Notes: generated by a model from the sequence alone, not told the origin. A stretch of 64,000 nt of DNA from an uncultured Pelagibacteraceae bacterium (GCA_902588835.1 CACIQQ010000005.1:8708-72707); one strand, 5' to 3'; numbered from the stretch's first letter, positions 20,602 through 31,433 are shown. Numbers and translations are program-made.

Positions 20602-21780
20602 TTAATTTAAAACTTTTATACCAGGAAGTTCCTTACCTTCAAGATATTCTAAAAAAGCTCCACCAGCAGTTGAAACAAAATTAAAATCATTTATTGCATT
20701 TATCTGATTTAATACTGCAATTGTATCTCCACCTCCTGCAACAGAATAGATAGAATTATTTTTATTTTTTTTTATAATCATTTTTGCTATTTCATAACTA
20801 CCTAAAGCAAAATTTGGATTTTCAAAATAACCTGCCGGACCATTCCACAAAACAGTTTTACTATTTTCGATAATATCTCCAATTTTTTTTAGAGTTTTTG
20901 GACCAATGTCGAGAATTAAATCATCGGCTGATACTTCAGTTAAGTCTTTAATTTGAGATTTGTCATCCATGCTTTTTCCAATTTTGACATCCTTTGGATA
21001 AATTATTGAACATGAGTGATCATTAGAGGTTTTAAAAATATTTTCTATTTGTTTTTCACAATTCTCTTCTTTAATTGATTTACCTATCGAATTTCCTTTA
21101 TAGCTTAAAATGTTATTTGCCATTCCACCAACAACAATAATATTATCAAATTTTGGTATTAAATTTTTAATTAAATTAATCTTAGTTGAAATTTTTGATC
21201 CTCCAATTATACATGTAACTGGTCTTTTTATTTCACTCGTTACTTTCTTGAGAGCATTTATTTCAGTTTCTAATTGCAACCCGGCAAAAGATGGCAAAAA
21301 TTCAGTAATTTTACTAATTGAGGCGTGAGCTCTGTGTGAGCAAGAAAAAGCATCATTCACATAAACATCTGCAAGACTCGCCAATTGTTTTGAAAAATTT
21401 GTGTCATTTTTTTCTTCTTCTTCATAAAACCTGATATTTTCTAAAAGTATTATTTGACCATCAAAATTTTTAAATAATTCATCTTTTTTAATCTTAAAGA
21501 TATTTTCATTAATGAGTTTGATTTTTTGATTTATTTTGCTTTCTAAATTTTCACAAATTGGTTTTAAAGAAAGTTCTTTGTCTACTTTTCCTTTAGGTCT
21601 TCCAACGTGTGAAATTATAATTATTTTGCAATTTCTTTTTATCAAAAATTTGATTACAGGCAAGATCTTATCAATTCTTGTCTGATCTGTGATAACCCCA
21701 TTTTTTAAAGGAACATTTAAATCTAATCTTAATAATATTATCTTTTGATTAATATTTTCTTGATCTTTAATATTGTTCAT
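20602..21780 (-). CDS. pgk: Phosphoglycerate kinase
   Basis: RLDLNVP, SHVGRP, LLENIRF, WNGP and STAGGAFLE. Confidence 0.97.
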   Translation of the reverse strand: MNNIKDQENINQKIILLRLDLNVPLKNGVITDQTRIDKILPVIKFLIKRNCKIIIISHVGRPKGKVDKELSLKPICENLESKINQKIKLINENIFKIKKDELFKNFDGQIILLENIRFYEEEEKNDTNFSKQLASLADVYVNDAFSCSHRAHASISKITEFLPSFAGLQLETEINALKKVTSEIKRPVTCIIGGSKISTKINLIKNLIPKFDNIIVVGGMANNILSYKGNSIGKSIKEENCEKQIENIFKTSNDHSCSIIYPKDVKIGKSMDDKSQIKDLTEVSADDLILDIGPKTLKKIGDIIENSKTVLWNGPAGYFENPNFALGSYEIAKMIIKKNKNNSIYSVAGGGDTIAVLNQINAINDFNFVSTAGGAFLEYLEGKELPGIKVLN

Positions 21781-22787
21781 TAAGAAATTTTATGAAGATA
21801 CGCTGCAATATCACACATTCTATTTGAAAAACCCCACTCATTGTCATACCATGCAGAAATTTTACCCATATTTTTACCTATAACGCTTGTTAATGATGCA
21901 TCCACTATAGAGGAAGCTTGGTTGTGATTAAAATCAATTGAAACAAGTTTTTCTTCTGTAATTTCTAATACTTTAATTTTTTGTTTCTTGCTGAAGTTTT
22001 TAAAAGCAGAATTAATCTTTTCAACAGATAGATCTTTTTTGGAGCAAAATATTAATTCAATTAAAGAAACATTTGGAGTTGGTATTCTCATTGCTACACC
22101 CTCTAGCTTTCCTTTTAAAGAAGGTATAATTTCACCAATTGCTTTTGAGGCACCAGTTGAGGTTGGCACTATTGATTGACTTGCTGTCCTAGCTCTTCTT
22201 ATATCTTTATGGGAATTATCTAATATCCTTTGATCAGTTGTAAAAGAATGAATTGTAGTCATAAAACCTTTTTCAATTTCAAAATTTTCGTTTAAAACAT
22301 GGGCAACTGGCGCAAGACAATTAGTGGTGCATGATGCTGCAGATATAATTTTATCTTCCTTTTTAAGTTCCTTTTCGTTAACCCCAAGAACTATTGTCTT
22401 ATCAGCATTTTTGCATGGCGCAGAAACAATTACTTTCTTTGCTCCATTATTTAAATGTGGAATTAACTTGTCCTTAGAATTAAATTTACCAGTACATTCA
22501 AGTACATAATCAACATCATTATCTTTCCAATTAATTTCTTCTAGTTTATCTTTTTGTGAATAATAAATTTTGTTGCCATTAATATTTATATGATTTTTTT
22601 CTATTGATATGTCAGCATTGAATTTTCCGTGAATACTGTCCCTTTTCAGTAAAGCACAAGCAGTCTCAATATTAGCTCTATTATTAATATGTTTAATCTT
22701 TAAGTCAGAATGATCCTCCTCAAATATTGATCGAACCACCATTCTGCCTATTCTTCCTAAACCATTTATTCCAATTTTAGTTTTCAT
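21780..22787 (-). CDS. gap: Glyceraldehyde-3-phosphate dehydrogenase, type I
   Basis: INGLGRIGR, ASCTTNCLAP, PTSTGA and WYDNEWG. Confidence 0.96.
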   Translation of the reverse strand: MKTKIGINGLGRIGRMVVRSIFEEDHSDLKIKHINNRANIETACALLKRDSIHGKFNADISIEKNHININGNKIYYSQKDKLEEINWKDNDVDYVLECTGKFNSKDKLIPHLNNGAKKVIVSAPCKNADKTIVLGVNEKELKKEDKIISAASCTTNCLAPVAHVLNENFEIEKGFMTTIHSFTTDQRILDNSHKDIRRARTASQSIVPTSTGASKAIGEIIPSLKGKLEGVAMRIPTPNVSLIELIFCSKKDLSVEKINSAFKNFSKKQKIKVLEITEEKLVSIDFNHNQASSIVDASLTSVIGKNMGKISAWYDNEWGFSNRMCDIAAYLHKIS

Positions 22788-24718
22788 AAATTTTTCTTTA
22801 TTTTTTGTGTAATATTTTGAACATCTAATTCAAAGTGTTTATAAATATCTTTATAAGGTGCGCTCTTACCAAAATTATCTATTCCTAAATTTAATCCACT
22901 AGTTCCTGTATATTTTTTCCAATAACTTGTTTCTGATGCCTCTATAGAAACTTTAAGAGTACCTTCTTCTAAAATATCTTTTTTATAGTCATTGCTTTGA
23001 CTATCAAATATTTCATGGCATGGCATTGATATAACCTTTGAATAAATATTTTCTGTGGCTAATTTATGACTAACTTTTATTGCAAGGTCAGTTTCAGAGC
23101 CAGTTGCTAATAGTGTTACCTTAAGATTATCTCCGTTTCTTAAAATTTCATAAGCTCCTTTAGAACAAAGATTGTTTGCAATTACCTCTCTTCTTACTGG
23201 TTCTATTTTTTGTCTTGTTAGAGCGATAACACTTGGTTTATTTTTATTCTCTAAAGCTAATTGCCAACATTCAAAAGTTTCAATGGTATCAGAGGGTCTG
23301 AATACATTTAAATTTGGTATAGATCTCAACATTGCAAGTTGTTCAACAGGCTGGTGAGTTGGTCCGTCTTCTCCCAATCCGATTGAGTCATGAGTTAAAA
23401 CATATATAACTCTTTGACCCATCATCGCTGCCAATCTGATAGAAGGCTTGCAGTAATCACTAAATATTAAAAAAGTTCCACCATATGGAATAAGATTACT
23501 ATGCAAAGAGATTCCATTCATAATTCCACACATTGCATGTTCCCTTACTCCATAATGAATATAATTCCCTCCAAAACTTCCTGGTTTAATTACTTTATGA
23601 TTTTTAGTTTTTGTATTATTTGAACCTGCAAGATCAGCCGAGCCACCAATTAAATTTGGCAATTTTGAAACTATATCTAAAAATTTTTCTGATGATTTCC
23701 TCGTTGCAATTGGTTCTAATGATTTTAGATAATCTTTTTTTACTTGCTCTATTTCACTCGTAATTTCATCGTTAAAAATATTGAATTCAGGTGGATATGA
23801 TTTATTTTTTTCCGCTTTTGAGGAAGCGTTTTCTCCAATTTTCCTCCACTCATTTAAAATTTTTTCAGGGATTTTAAAAGGCTCATAATTCCATTTTAAT
23901 TTTTTTCTAACTAGCTTTACCTCATCGGTACCTAACGGGCTTCCATGCGATGATGCTTTTCCACTTTTATTTGGTGAGCCATAACCTATTGTAGTCTTAC
24001 AAGAAATAGCAAATGGTTTTTTTGAATTTTGAGCTTTTTTTAAGGCGGTTAAAATTTGTTTTTCATTATGTCCATCTATTTCTAAATAGCTCCAACCATA
24101 ACTCTCAAATCTTTTTTTTGTATTATCAGAGACAGCAAGATTAGTAGGGCCATCAATCGAGATGGAATTATTATCAAAAAGCAGTATCAAATTTTTTAAT
24201 TTTATATGACCTGCAAAACTTAAGGCTTCATGGCTTATTCCTTCCATGAGGCATCCGTCTCCTGCCAAGACATAAGTTTTGTGATCTATCTTTTTTTTTC
24301 CTAACCTCTTTTTTAATATTTCTTCAGCAAGCGCAAAACCCACAGCATTTGATATACCTTGTCCTAATGGTCCAGTCGTAGTCTCTATCCCTGAATTAGA
24401 ATGATACTCAGGATGTCCGGCACAAATACAATCAAGTTTTCTAAAGTTTTTAATGTCATCTATAGAAACACTTTTGTAACCAGTTAAATATAAAAGTGAG
24501 TAAAGAAGCATAGAACCATGACCAGCAGAAAGAACGAACCTATCTCTATTAAACCAACCAGGATCTTTAGGATTAAATCGCAAAAAGTTTTTAAATAAAA
24601 CTGTAGCAACATCAGCCATTCCCATTGGCATTCCAGGATGACCAGAATTTGCCGCTTCAACAGCATCTAAAGATAGAAATCTTACAGCATTAGCTAAATC
24701 TTTATGTTTTATTTTCAA
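22784..24718 (-). CDS. tkt: Transketolase
   Basis: SGHPGMPMG, RDRFVLSAGH, GDGCLMEG and THDSIGLGEDGPTHQP. Confidence 0.97.
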   Translation of the reverse strand: MKIKHKDLANAVRFLSLDAVEAANSGHPGMPMGMADVATVLFKNFLRFNPKDPGWFNRDRFVLSAGHGSMLLYSLLYLTGYKSVSIDDIKNFRKLDCICAGHPEYHSNSGIETTTGPLGQGISNAVGFALAEEILKKRLGKKKIDHKTYVLAGDGCLMEGISHEALSFAGHIKLKNLILLFDNNSISIDGPTNLAVSDNTKKRFESYGWSYLEIDGHNEKQILTALKKAQNSKKPFAISCKTTIGYGSPNKSGKASSHGSPLGTDEVKLVRKKLKWNYEPFKIPEKILNEWRKIGENASSKAEKNKSYPPEFNIFNDEITSEIEQVKKDYLKSLEPIATRKSSEKFLDIVSKLPNLIGGSADLAGSNNTKTKNHKVIKPGSFGGNYIHYGVREHAMCGIMNGISLHSNLIPYGGTFLIFSDYCKPSIRLAAMMGQRVIYVLTHDSIGLGEDGPTHQPVEQLAMLRSIPNLNVFRPSDTIETFECWQLALENKNKPSVIALTRQKIEPVRREVIANNLCSKGAYEILRNGDNLKVTLLATGSETDLAIKVSHKLATENIYSKVISMPCHEIFDSQSNDYKKDILEEGTLKVSIEASETSYWKKYTGTSGLNLGIDNFGKSAPYKDIYKHFELDVQNITQKIKKNL

Positions 24719-24768
24719 AAATATTCCTATCTAGACTAAGAGACTCATTAATATATAATTATATATAT

Positions 24769-25092
24769 ATGAAATATATCAGCGAAAAAGAAAAAAAACT
24801 TGAAGACGCACTGAAGAAATTAAAAAAACTTGATCTAAAAAATGACCAGATATCTGGAGACATTAAAGAATTAATTGATCAAAAAAATCAATTAGAAATT
24901 GAAAAAAACGAATTGGAAAAAAAATACAAAAACTTAAGTGATGAACACGGCAATCTTCAAGTCAAAATCAAACAAATGATGGTTGAAAAAAAAGAAGATA
25001 GAGTGAAAAGATTAGAGTTTGACGAAAAAATTGATGAATTAAATCAAGAAACAGATACTTTACTTGATGAGATTGAAAAATGGCAAATGTAA
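24769..25092 (+). CDS. Coiled-coil protein upstream of zapA (ZauP/ZapB-like)
   Basis: All-helical heptad pattern; sits divergent from tkt and overlaps the zapA start. Confidence 0.6.
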   Translation: MKYISEKEKKLEDALKKLKKLDLKNDQISGDIKELIDQKNQLEIEKNELEKKYKNLSDEHGNLQVKIKQMMVEKKEDRVKRLEFDEKIDELNQETDTLLDEIEKWQM

Positions 25093-25517
25093 ATATTAAA
25101 TTTAATGGAAAAGACTTTCTTCTTTCATGTGAAGATGGTCAAGAGGATCATCTTGAAGAGTTAGCAGCCAATTTAAACGATAAATTTGAAAAATTAAAAA
25201 ATGACTTAGGAAATATAGGTGAAAATAAATTATTATTGATCACTGCTATTAAAGTGATGGATGAGTATTTTGATACCAAAAAAAATGTTGAGAAAAAAAA
25301 GGTAGAATTAACTAATCTAACTGAAAAATTTAAAGAACTGAAATCTCTTGTATACGGCTACAAGGATGAAAAAGAAGATGAAGCAACTAAATTGAACAAT
25401 GATATCAACAACTTACAAAAAGAGCTTGATAAAATAAACAATAATTATGATCAATTAATTTCTAACACTGCAAAAGAAATAGAGGAATTTGTTGAACGAG
25501 TTAATCTTAAAAATTAG
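25080..25517 (+). CDS. zapA: Cell division protein ZapA
   Basis: MANVNIKFNGKDFLLSCEDGQEDHL, alphaproteobacterial ZapA N-terminus. Confidence 0.88.
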   Translation: MANVNIKFNGKDFLLSCEDGQEDHLEELAANLNDKFEKLKNDLGNIGENKLLLITAIKVMDEYFDTKKNVEKKKVELTNLTEKFKELKSLVYGYKDEKEDEATKLNNDINNLQKELDKINNNYDQLISNTAKEIEEFVERVNLKN

Positions 25518-25525
25518 ATTTAGTA

Positions 25526-26068
25526 GTGGACAAATTTCAATTAAGAAAAAAAATATCTAAAATTCGATCAAAATTTGCCAAAAAAAAAATCACAGTAAAT
25601 TCCGAGGCAATAATCAAATTGATTGAGCAGAATTCTCCCAACAAAAGAGTTGGATTGTATTATCCGTTTGGTGATGAGTTATCTACTTTAGAATTAATGA
25701 ATCGATTAATTAGGAAAAAATTTATAATTTCTTTACCTATAATTAATAATAGATTTGAAATGTCTTTTTATAGCTGGAGTCCTAATGAGCCTTTAACAAT
25801 AAATAGATTTGGTATCTTAGAGCCTTTTAAAGGAAAAAAAATAACTCCTTCTACATTAATTATTCCGATGTTAGCTTTTGACTCTGACTTAAATAGACTT
25901 GGTTATGGAGGAGGTTTCTATGACAGGTTTATTCAAAAAATTGAGAAACAAAATAACTGTGTTAAAATCGGACTTGCTCTTTCCTGTCAAAAAATTAATA
26001 AAGTGCCAATTAATAAATATGATAAAAAAATGGATTTCATAATTACTGAAAAAAGAATTTATAAATGA
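25526..26068 (+). CDS. ygfA: 5-formyltetrahydrofolate cyclo-ligase
   Basis: FGILEP, PMLAFD, RLGYGGGFYDR and D-x-x-MD-x-IITE. Confidence 0.93.
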   Translation: MDKFQLRKKISKIRSKFAKKKITVNSEAIIKLIEQNSPNKRVGLYYPFGDELSTLELMNRLIRKKFIISLPIINNRFEMSFYSWSPNEPLTINRFGILEPFKGKKITPSTLIIPMLAFDSDLNRLGYGGGFYDRFIQKIEKQNNCVKIGLALSCQKINKVPINKYDKKMDFIITEKRIYK

Positions 26069-26871
26069 AAATATTATTTTTAGGCGACATTGTAGGACCA
26101 TCGGGCTGTATGGTTGTAAAAAAATATCTTAAGAAGATTGTTGAGGAAAATAAAATAAATTTTGTGATAGCAAATGGTGAAAACGCAGCTCATAACGGAG
26201 TAGGTATTACAAAAGATGTTTTAGACAATTTAATTAAATTTGGAGTAAATGTACTCACAACCGGAAATCATGTTTGGGATCATAAAGAAACTTTAAAACT
26301 CGTTGAGGATGACAATAGACTTCTTAGACCATTTAATTTAATTGGAATATCGCCAGGAAAAGGATTTGAAATTTATCAAACATCAAAAAATTTTAAAATA
26401 GGTGTACTAAATTTAATGGGAAATGTTTTCATGAGGAAAAGTGAAGATGTTTTCAAAACAGCTGAAAATTTTCAAAAAAAATACCAACTTAAAAAAGATT
26501 ATGATTTTTTAGTAGTCGACTTACATTGTGAAACTACTTCAGAAAAAATGGCAATGGGACATTTGTTTGATAGCAAAGCAACATTAGTTACTGGTACTCA
26601 CACGCACATTCCAACAAATGATGCGAGAGTTTTAAAAGGTGGGACTGCGTATATTACAGACTCCGGAATGTGTGGTGACTACGACTCAGTAATTGGAATG
26701 AATAAAGAAAACTCATTAAAAAGATTCTTTAAACAAGATTCTGAAAAACATTATCCATCTTTGGGGGATGGTTCTTTGTCGGGTGTTATGGTAGATTGTG
26801 ATGAAACTTCAGGACTAGCTAAAAATATTAATAGTATAATTGTTGGGGGTGTTTTAAATAACTCAAAATAA
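26065..26871 (+). CDS. YmdB/TIGR00282 metallophosphoesterase
   Basis: LFLGDIVG, NGENAA, TGNHVWD, ETTSEK and GTHTH. Confidence 0.93.
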   Translation: MKILFLGDIVGPSGCMVVKKYLKKIVEENKINFVIANGENAAHNGVGITKDVLDNLIKFGVNVLTTGNHVWDHKETLKLVEDDNRLLRPFNLIGISPGKGFEIYQTSKNFKIGVLNLMGNVFMRKSEDVFKTAENFQKKYQLKKDYDFLVVDLHCETTSEKMAMGHLFDSKATLVTGTHTHIPTNDARVLKGGTAYITDSGMCGDYDSVIGMNKENSLKRFFKQDSEKHYPSLGDGSLSGVMVDCDETSGLAKNINSIIVGGVLNNSK

Positions 26872-26872
26872 T

Positions 26873-27595
26873 ATGGCAGGACATTCTCATTGGGCTGGTA
26901 TAAAACATAAAAAAGGTAGAGCAGATAAAGAAAGGTCGAAGATTTTCTCGAAACTTTCTAGAGAGATTACTGTAGCTGCTAAACTTGGAGATAAAGATCC
27001 TTTAATGAACCCGAGACTTAGATCTGCTATTCAAGCAGCAAGATCTTCAAATATGCCAAAAGATAATATTGAGAGAGCAATTGATAAATCGAAATCATTA
27101 AACCAATCAAATTTTGAGAAAATAAGATATGAAGGTTTCGGCAAAGATAAAGTGGCTGTAATTGTTGAAGCGCTAACAGACAACAAAAATAGAACAGCCT
27201 CAAAATTAAGAACAATTTTTCAAAAAAATGGTGGGAACTTGGGTACCCAGGGTTCTGCAGCTCACAATTTTAAACAAATTGGTGTTATTAGAATAGACAT
27301 AAATGAAATCAAAGATGATAAAATATTTGAACTTGCAATTGAAGCTGGGGCTGATGAATGCTTCTCCTTTGAAAACTTTCATGAGATACATTGTGGTTCT
27401 GAAGACATTTATTCTATAAAAAAGAAAATTGAGTCCGATGTTGAAAACTTTATATCAACCGAAATTGAGTGGCTTCCATTAAATAAGGTTTCAAGCAAAG
27501 GTGATAACGCGGAGGATATAAAAAAACTTTTAGATTTATTAGATGACGAAGATGATGTTCAAAGAGTTTATTCGAACTTTAGGGAAGAAGATTAA
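26873..27595 (+). CDS. yebC: YebC/PmpR family protein
   Basis: MAGHSHW, NPRLR, YEG, TDNKNRT and DDVQ. Confidence 0.95.
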   Translation: MAGHSHWAGIKHKKGRADKERSKIFSKLSREITVAAKLGDKDPLMNPRLRSAIQAARSSNMPKDNIERAIDKSKSLNQSNFEKIRYEGFGKDKVAVIVEALTDNKNRTASKLRTIFQKNGGNLGTQGSAAHNFKQIGVIRIDINEIKDDKIFELAIEAGADECFSFENFHEIHCGSEDIYSIKKKIESDVENFISTEIEWLPLNKVSSKGDNAEDIKKLLDLLDDEDDVQRVYSNFREED

Positions 27596-27598
27596 ATA

Positions 27599-28087
27599 AT
27601 GTTAATAATTGGAATAGATCCTGGAATAAACGGAGCTATATGCTTATTTAAAGATGGCAAGATATTGGATGTATTTGAAATGCCAAAAATGGCTGTAGGA
27701 AAAAAAAATAAATCACAAGTCAATGCCTCTCAAATTTTTAACGAAATTCAAAAAGCTATAGAAGGAGAAGATAAGACAAAAGTAATAGCAGTGATCGAGC
27801 AAGTTTCTGCGATGCCAGGACAAGGAGTTACTAGTATGTTTAATTTTGGACAATCTTTTGGAGTATTGAAAGGAATTTTTTCTGCAATGCAAATCCCAAT
27901 GGATTTTGTTTCACCAGTTAAATGGAAAAAATTCTTTAATTTAATTAATACAAATAAGGATGCCAGTAGGACAAAAGCCATTGAGATTTATCCATATTTT
28001 TCGTCAAAATTGTCAAAAAAAAAAGATGCTAATAAAGCTGACGCAATACTAATTTCCAGTTTTTATTACCAAAACGCCAAATATTAG
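27599..28087 (+). CDS. RuvC-like Holliday junction resolvase, phage/MOC1-like type
   Basis: IGIDPG (catalytic Asp), IEQV...PGQGVTSMFNFGQSFG, P-x-x-WK and KADAILI; located after yebC. Confidence 0.8.
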   Translation: MLIIGIDPGINGAICLFKDGKILDVFEMPKMAVGKKNKSQVNASQIFNEIQKAIEGEDKTKVIAVIEQVSAMPGQGVTSMFNFGQSFGVLKGIFSAMQIPMDFVSPVKWKKFFNLINTNKDASRTKAIEIYPYFSSKLSKKKDANKADAILISSFYYQNAKY

Positions 28088-28143
28088 ATTTATTTGATTT
28101 TTCAGGTCAAATTGATGACACATTTTAGTGTGAAAAATTTTTA

Positions 28144-28818
28144 ATGGAAGCAGATATAGCATCACAATCAGTTGGGTTGGGAAGTTCTGTAGACTTTTCT
28201 TTATGGAGCCTATTTATTAGAGCAGACATAATTGTAAAATCAGTTATAATTTTACTTATCGCAGCATCAATATATACTTGGGCAATTATCATAGAGAAAT
28301 TTAAACTATTTAAAAAGATTAATATTACAACACAAGAGTTCGAGGAAAAGTTTTGGAAAGCTAGATCTGCTGAGAGTTTTTACAATAACTTACCAGCAAA
28401 TATAGATGATCCGATGTCTAATGTTTTCAAAAAGACTATGCAAGTTGTATTAAAATCAAGATCGAGGAGTAATTTGAATGAAAAGCTCTCAGGTTTATTG
28501 GAGTCTAATATTGAAAATGAAGTGAACAAACTTGAAAAAAATTATTCGTTTCTTGCTACTGTAGGTTCAACTGCACCTTTTATTGGATTATTTGGAACAG
28601 TTTGGGGAATAATGAACTCATTTCAATCAATTGCTGTTTCAAGAAACACAAGTTTAGCAATAGTTGCCCCAGGTATAGCCGAAGCATTATTTGCAACAGC
28701 ACTTGGACTTTTAGCAGCTATACCCGCAGTTGTGGCGTACAATAAGTTTAATAATGACTCTAAAAAATATTCTCAAAGATTAGAAAATTTTGCCAAAAGG
28801 TTTATCTCTACTATTTAA
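28144..28818 (+). CDS. tolQ: Tol-Pal protein TolQ
   Basis: LATVGSTAPFIGLFGTVWGIM and VAPGIAEALFATA. Confidence 0.95.
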   Translation: MEADIASQSVGLGSSVDFSLWSLFIRADIIVKSVIILLIAASIYTWAIIIEKFKLFKKINITTQEFEEKFWKARSAESFYNNLPANIDDPMSNVFKKTMQVVLKSRSRSNLNEKLSGLLESNIENEVNKLEKNYSFLATVGSTAPFIGLFGTVWGIMNSFQSIAVSRNTSLAIVAPGIAEALFATALGLLAAIPAVVAYNKFNNDSKKYSQRLENFAKRFISTI

Positions 28819-28821
28819 CGA

Positions 28822-29238
28822 ATGGCCTTTAATTTAAAAAATAAATCTAAAGATCCCATAAGCGAAATAAACGTGACTCCATTTGTGGATGTTATGTTAG
28901 TTCTTTTAATCGTTTTTATGGTTACAGCTCCATTACTGACAGTTGGTGTTCAAGTAGATCTCCCAGAAAGTTCTGCTGACTCTCTTCCTGAGGAGCAAGA
29001 ACCATTAACTTTGAGCATTAATTCAAAAGGGGAGATTTTTATTCAAGAGTCTAAAGTTGAATTTGATAATGTAGTTGCCAAAATATTAGCTGTTTCTAAA
29101 AACAGGACTGATACAAGAATATATGTAAGAGGAGATAAGACTATAAATTATGGTCGAGTTTTAGAGGTTATGGGGATGCTTTCTGGCTCTGGATTTACTA
29201 AAGTTGCACTTATTTCTGAACCTTATAAAGAGAGGTAA
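28822..29238 (+). CDS. tolR: Tol-Pal protein TolR
   Basis: EINVTPFVDVMLVLLIVFMVTAP. Confidence 0.95.
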   Translation: MAFNLKNKSKDPISEINVTPFVDVMLVLLIVFMVTAPLLTVGVQVDLPESSADSLPEEQEPLTLSINSKGEIFIQESKVEFDNVVAKILAVSKNRTDTRIYVRGDKTINYGRVLEVMGMLSGSGFTKVALISEPYKER

Positions 29239-29243
29239 TTTTT

Positions 29244-30056
29244 GTGACAAATAATATAATTATATCTTCTGCACTACATTTATTACTTATCATTATAACA
29301 GCACTAAGCCTTCCTTTTTTGGCAAAAAAACCAATAGATCTTCCACCAATAGTTTCAATTGAGCTTATTCAAATAACTGACAAAACATCTATTCCATACG
29401 CCCCTAAAGCAAAAAAGATTATTGAGGAAATAAAGAAGAAAGAAAAGGAAAAACTTGTCTCCGAACAAGCACCTCCAAAAAAGGTAAAAAAAGAAAAGCC
29501 AGATGCAATACCATTACCTGATCAACAAAAAAACATTGTAAAAAAACCCGAGGAAGATAAACAAAACCCAGAGAAAATTGACGATGAAATAAAACAAGTT
29601 TCAGAATTTGAAAAAAAAGAATTATTTGACCCAAACAACATTGCTGCGCTAATTGATAAATCAAAAGAAGAAACTGCAGAAATAGTAAAAAACGATAATA
29701 AGGTAACTCAATCTCAAAGAAAAAGTGTAATTTCTTCTGGACTTACTTTAAATGAGGAAGATGCTTTGAAAGCTCAAATATTTGGATGCTGGAGTATTCC
29801 GTTAGGTTTGCCTTATAATGAAGACCTTCTTGTGAGGATAAAACTAAACTTAAAGCCTGATGGAAGTATTATCAATTCTGAAATTCTTGATCATGCTAGA
29901 ATGAATAAACCGGGACAGGGATTTTACAAAGTTTTAGCTGAAAGTGCTTTAAGGGCAATTAGACTATGTCAACCATTGAGAGTTCCAACAACTGGATACG
30001 AAAGATGGAAAGAAATTCAATTAAATTTTGATGCTAGGGAGATGCTTCAAGGATGA
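29244..30056 (+). CDS. tolA: Tol-Pal protein TolA
   Basis: N-terminal TM with S-x-x-LH, Lys/Glu-rich linker, C-terminal CW...AESALRAI domain; synteny. Confidence 0.85.
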   Translation: MTNNIIISSALHLLLIIITALSLPFLAKKPIDLPPIVSIELIQITDKTSIPYAPKAKKIIEEIKKKEKEKLVSEQAPPKKVKKEKPDAIPLPDQQKNIVKKPEEDKQNPEKIDDEIKQVSEFEKKELFDPNNIAALIDKSKEETAEIVKNDNKVTQSQRKSVISSGLTLNEEDALKAQIFGCWSIPLGLPYNEDLLVRIKLNLKPDGSIINSEILDHARMNKPGQGFYKVLAESALRAIRLCQPLRVPTTGYERWKEIQLNFDAREMLQG

Positions 30057-31402
30057 AAAAAGTTATTTTTTTTATATATGTAAGCTTGTTTATTTTAAAC
30101 TGGGGAAAAGCTTGGTCGCTTATAGAGGTAGATATTACCAGAGGTAATTTAAATCCACTTCCATTAGCAGTATCACCGTTATCAGTTGATCAAAAGTCAA
30201 AAGAAAAATTTAAAGATTTATTAAAACTCGATGACATTGGCGCAGAAATATCAAAAGTTGTTGAAAATAACTTAAGACAATCAGGCTTATTCAATCCATT
30301 AGATCCTAAAGCTTTTTTACAAAAACCAGACATTGCTCATGTAAAACCTAGATTTGAGGACTGGGCACTAATTAAAGCTCAAGCTTTAATAACAGGAGAA
30401 GTAAAGATAGTTGACGAAAAACTTAGAGTTGAGTTTAGACTATGGGATGTATTAGCAGGCAAAGAAATTATGGCATTAGCTTTTACGACTGTTTCAGAAA
30501 ACTGGAGAAGAGTTGGGCATATAATAACCGATAAAGTTTATCAAAGGTTGACTGGTGAAAAAGGTTATTTTGATACTAGAATTATTTATGTAGCTGAAGA
30601 AGGATTAAAAACAAGTCGTATAAAGAAATTAGCAATTATGGATCAAGATGGATTTAATACTAAATATTTAACACTAGGAAATGAACTAGTTTTAACACCA
30701 AGGTTTAATCCAACAAATCAAATGGTTACATACTTATCTTATTTTAAAAATCTTCCTCGAGTTTACTTGTTAGACATTGAAACTGGGATACAAGAAGTCG
30801 TTGGTGACTTTCCTGGCATGACATTTGCTCCACGTTTTTCTCCAGACGGAAAAAAAATTATTATGAGTTTTGCTAAAGATGGAAACTCGGATATCTATAC
30901 TATGGATCTTGAAAGCAGAGAAGTTGAAAAAATAACAAATCATCCATCTATCGATACTTCTCCATCATATTCTCCAGATGGTAAATATATTTGCTTCAAT
31001 TCAGACAGAAGTGGTTACCAGCAAATTTACGTAATGAGAAGCGATGGTTCAAAGGTAAAAAGGATTTCATTTGGAAATGGTCTTTACGGTACACCCGTGT
31101 GGTCTCCAAGAGGTGATTTGATAGCTTTTACAAAGCTTCATAAAGGAAAATTTTATATTGGCGTAATGAGAACAGATGGAACTGGTGAAAGATTACTTAC
31201 AGAAAACTATTATCAAGAAGCTCCTTCCTGGTCCCCTAATGGAAGAGTTTTAATTTTTTATAGAGAGACAAAATCAGACTCAGCAGGAAAAGGCTTTTCG
31301 GCTAAACTTTGGTCTATAGATCTTACTGGATATAACGAAAGAATGGTCAAAACCGAGACCGATGCTTCAGACCCATCTTGGTCGTCATTATTAACCGATT
31401 AA
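30053..31402 (+). CDS. tolB: Tol-Pal beta-propeller protein TolB
   Basis: YFDTRI, MDQDG and repeated P-x-F/WSPDG (PD40) units. Confidence 0.95.
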   Translation: MKKVIFFIYVSLFILNWGKAWSLIEVDITRGNLNPLPLAVSPLSVDQKSKEKFKDLLKLDDIGAEISKVVENNLRQSGLFNPLDPKAFLQKPDIAHVKPRFEDWALIKAQALITGEVKIVDEKLRVEFRLWDVLAGKEIMALAFTTVSENWRRVGHIITDKVYQRLTGEKGYFDTRIIYVAEEGLKTSRIKKLAIMDQDGFNTKYLTLGNELVLTPRFNPTNQMVTYLSYFKNLPRVYLLDIETGIQEVVGDFPGMTFAPRFSPDGKKIIMSFAKDGNSDIYTMDLESREVEKITNHPSIDTSPSYSPDGKYICFNSDRSGYQQIYVMRSDGSKVKRISFGNGLYGTPVWSPRGDLIAFTKLHKGKFYIGVMRTDGTGERLLTENYYQEAPSWSPNGRVLIFYRETKSDSAGKGFSAKLWSIDLTGYNERMVKTETDASDPSWSSLLTD

Positions 31403-31433
31403 TTATGGTATTTTAAAAAAAAATTAATAATTC

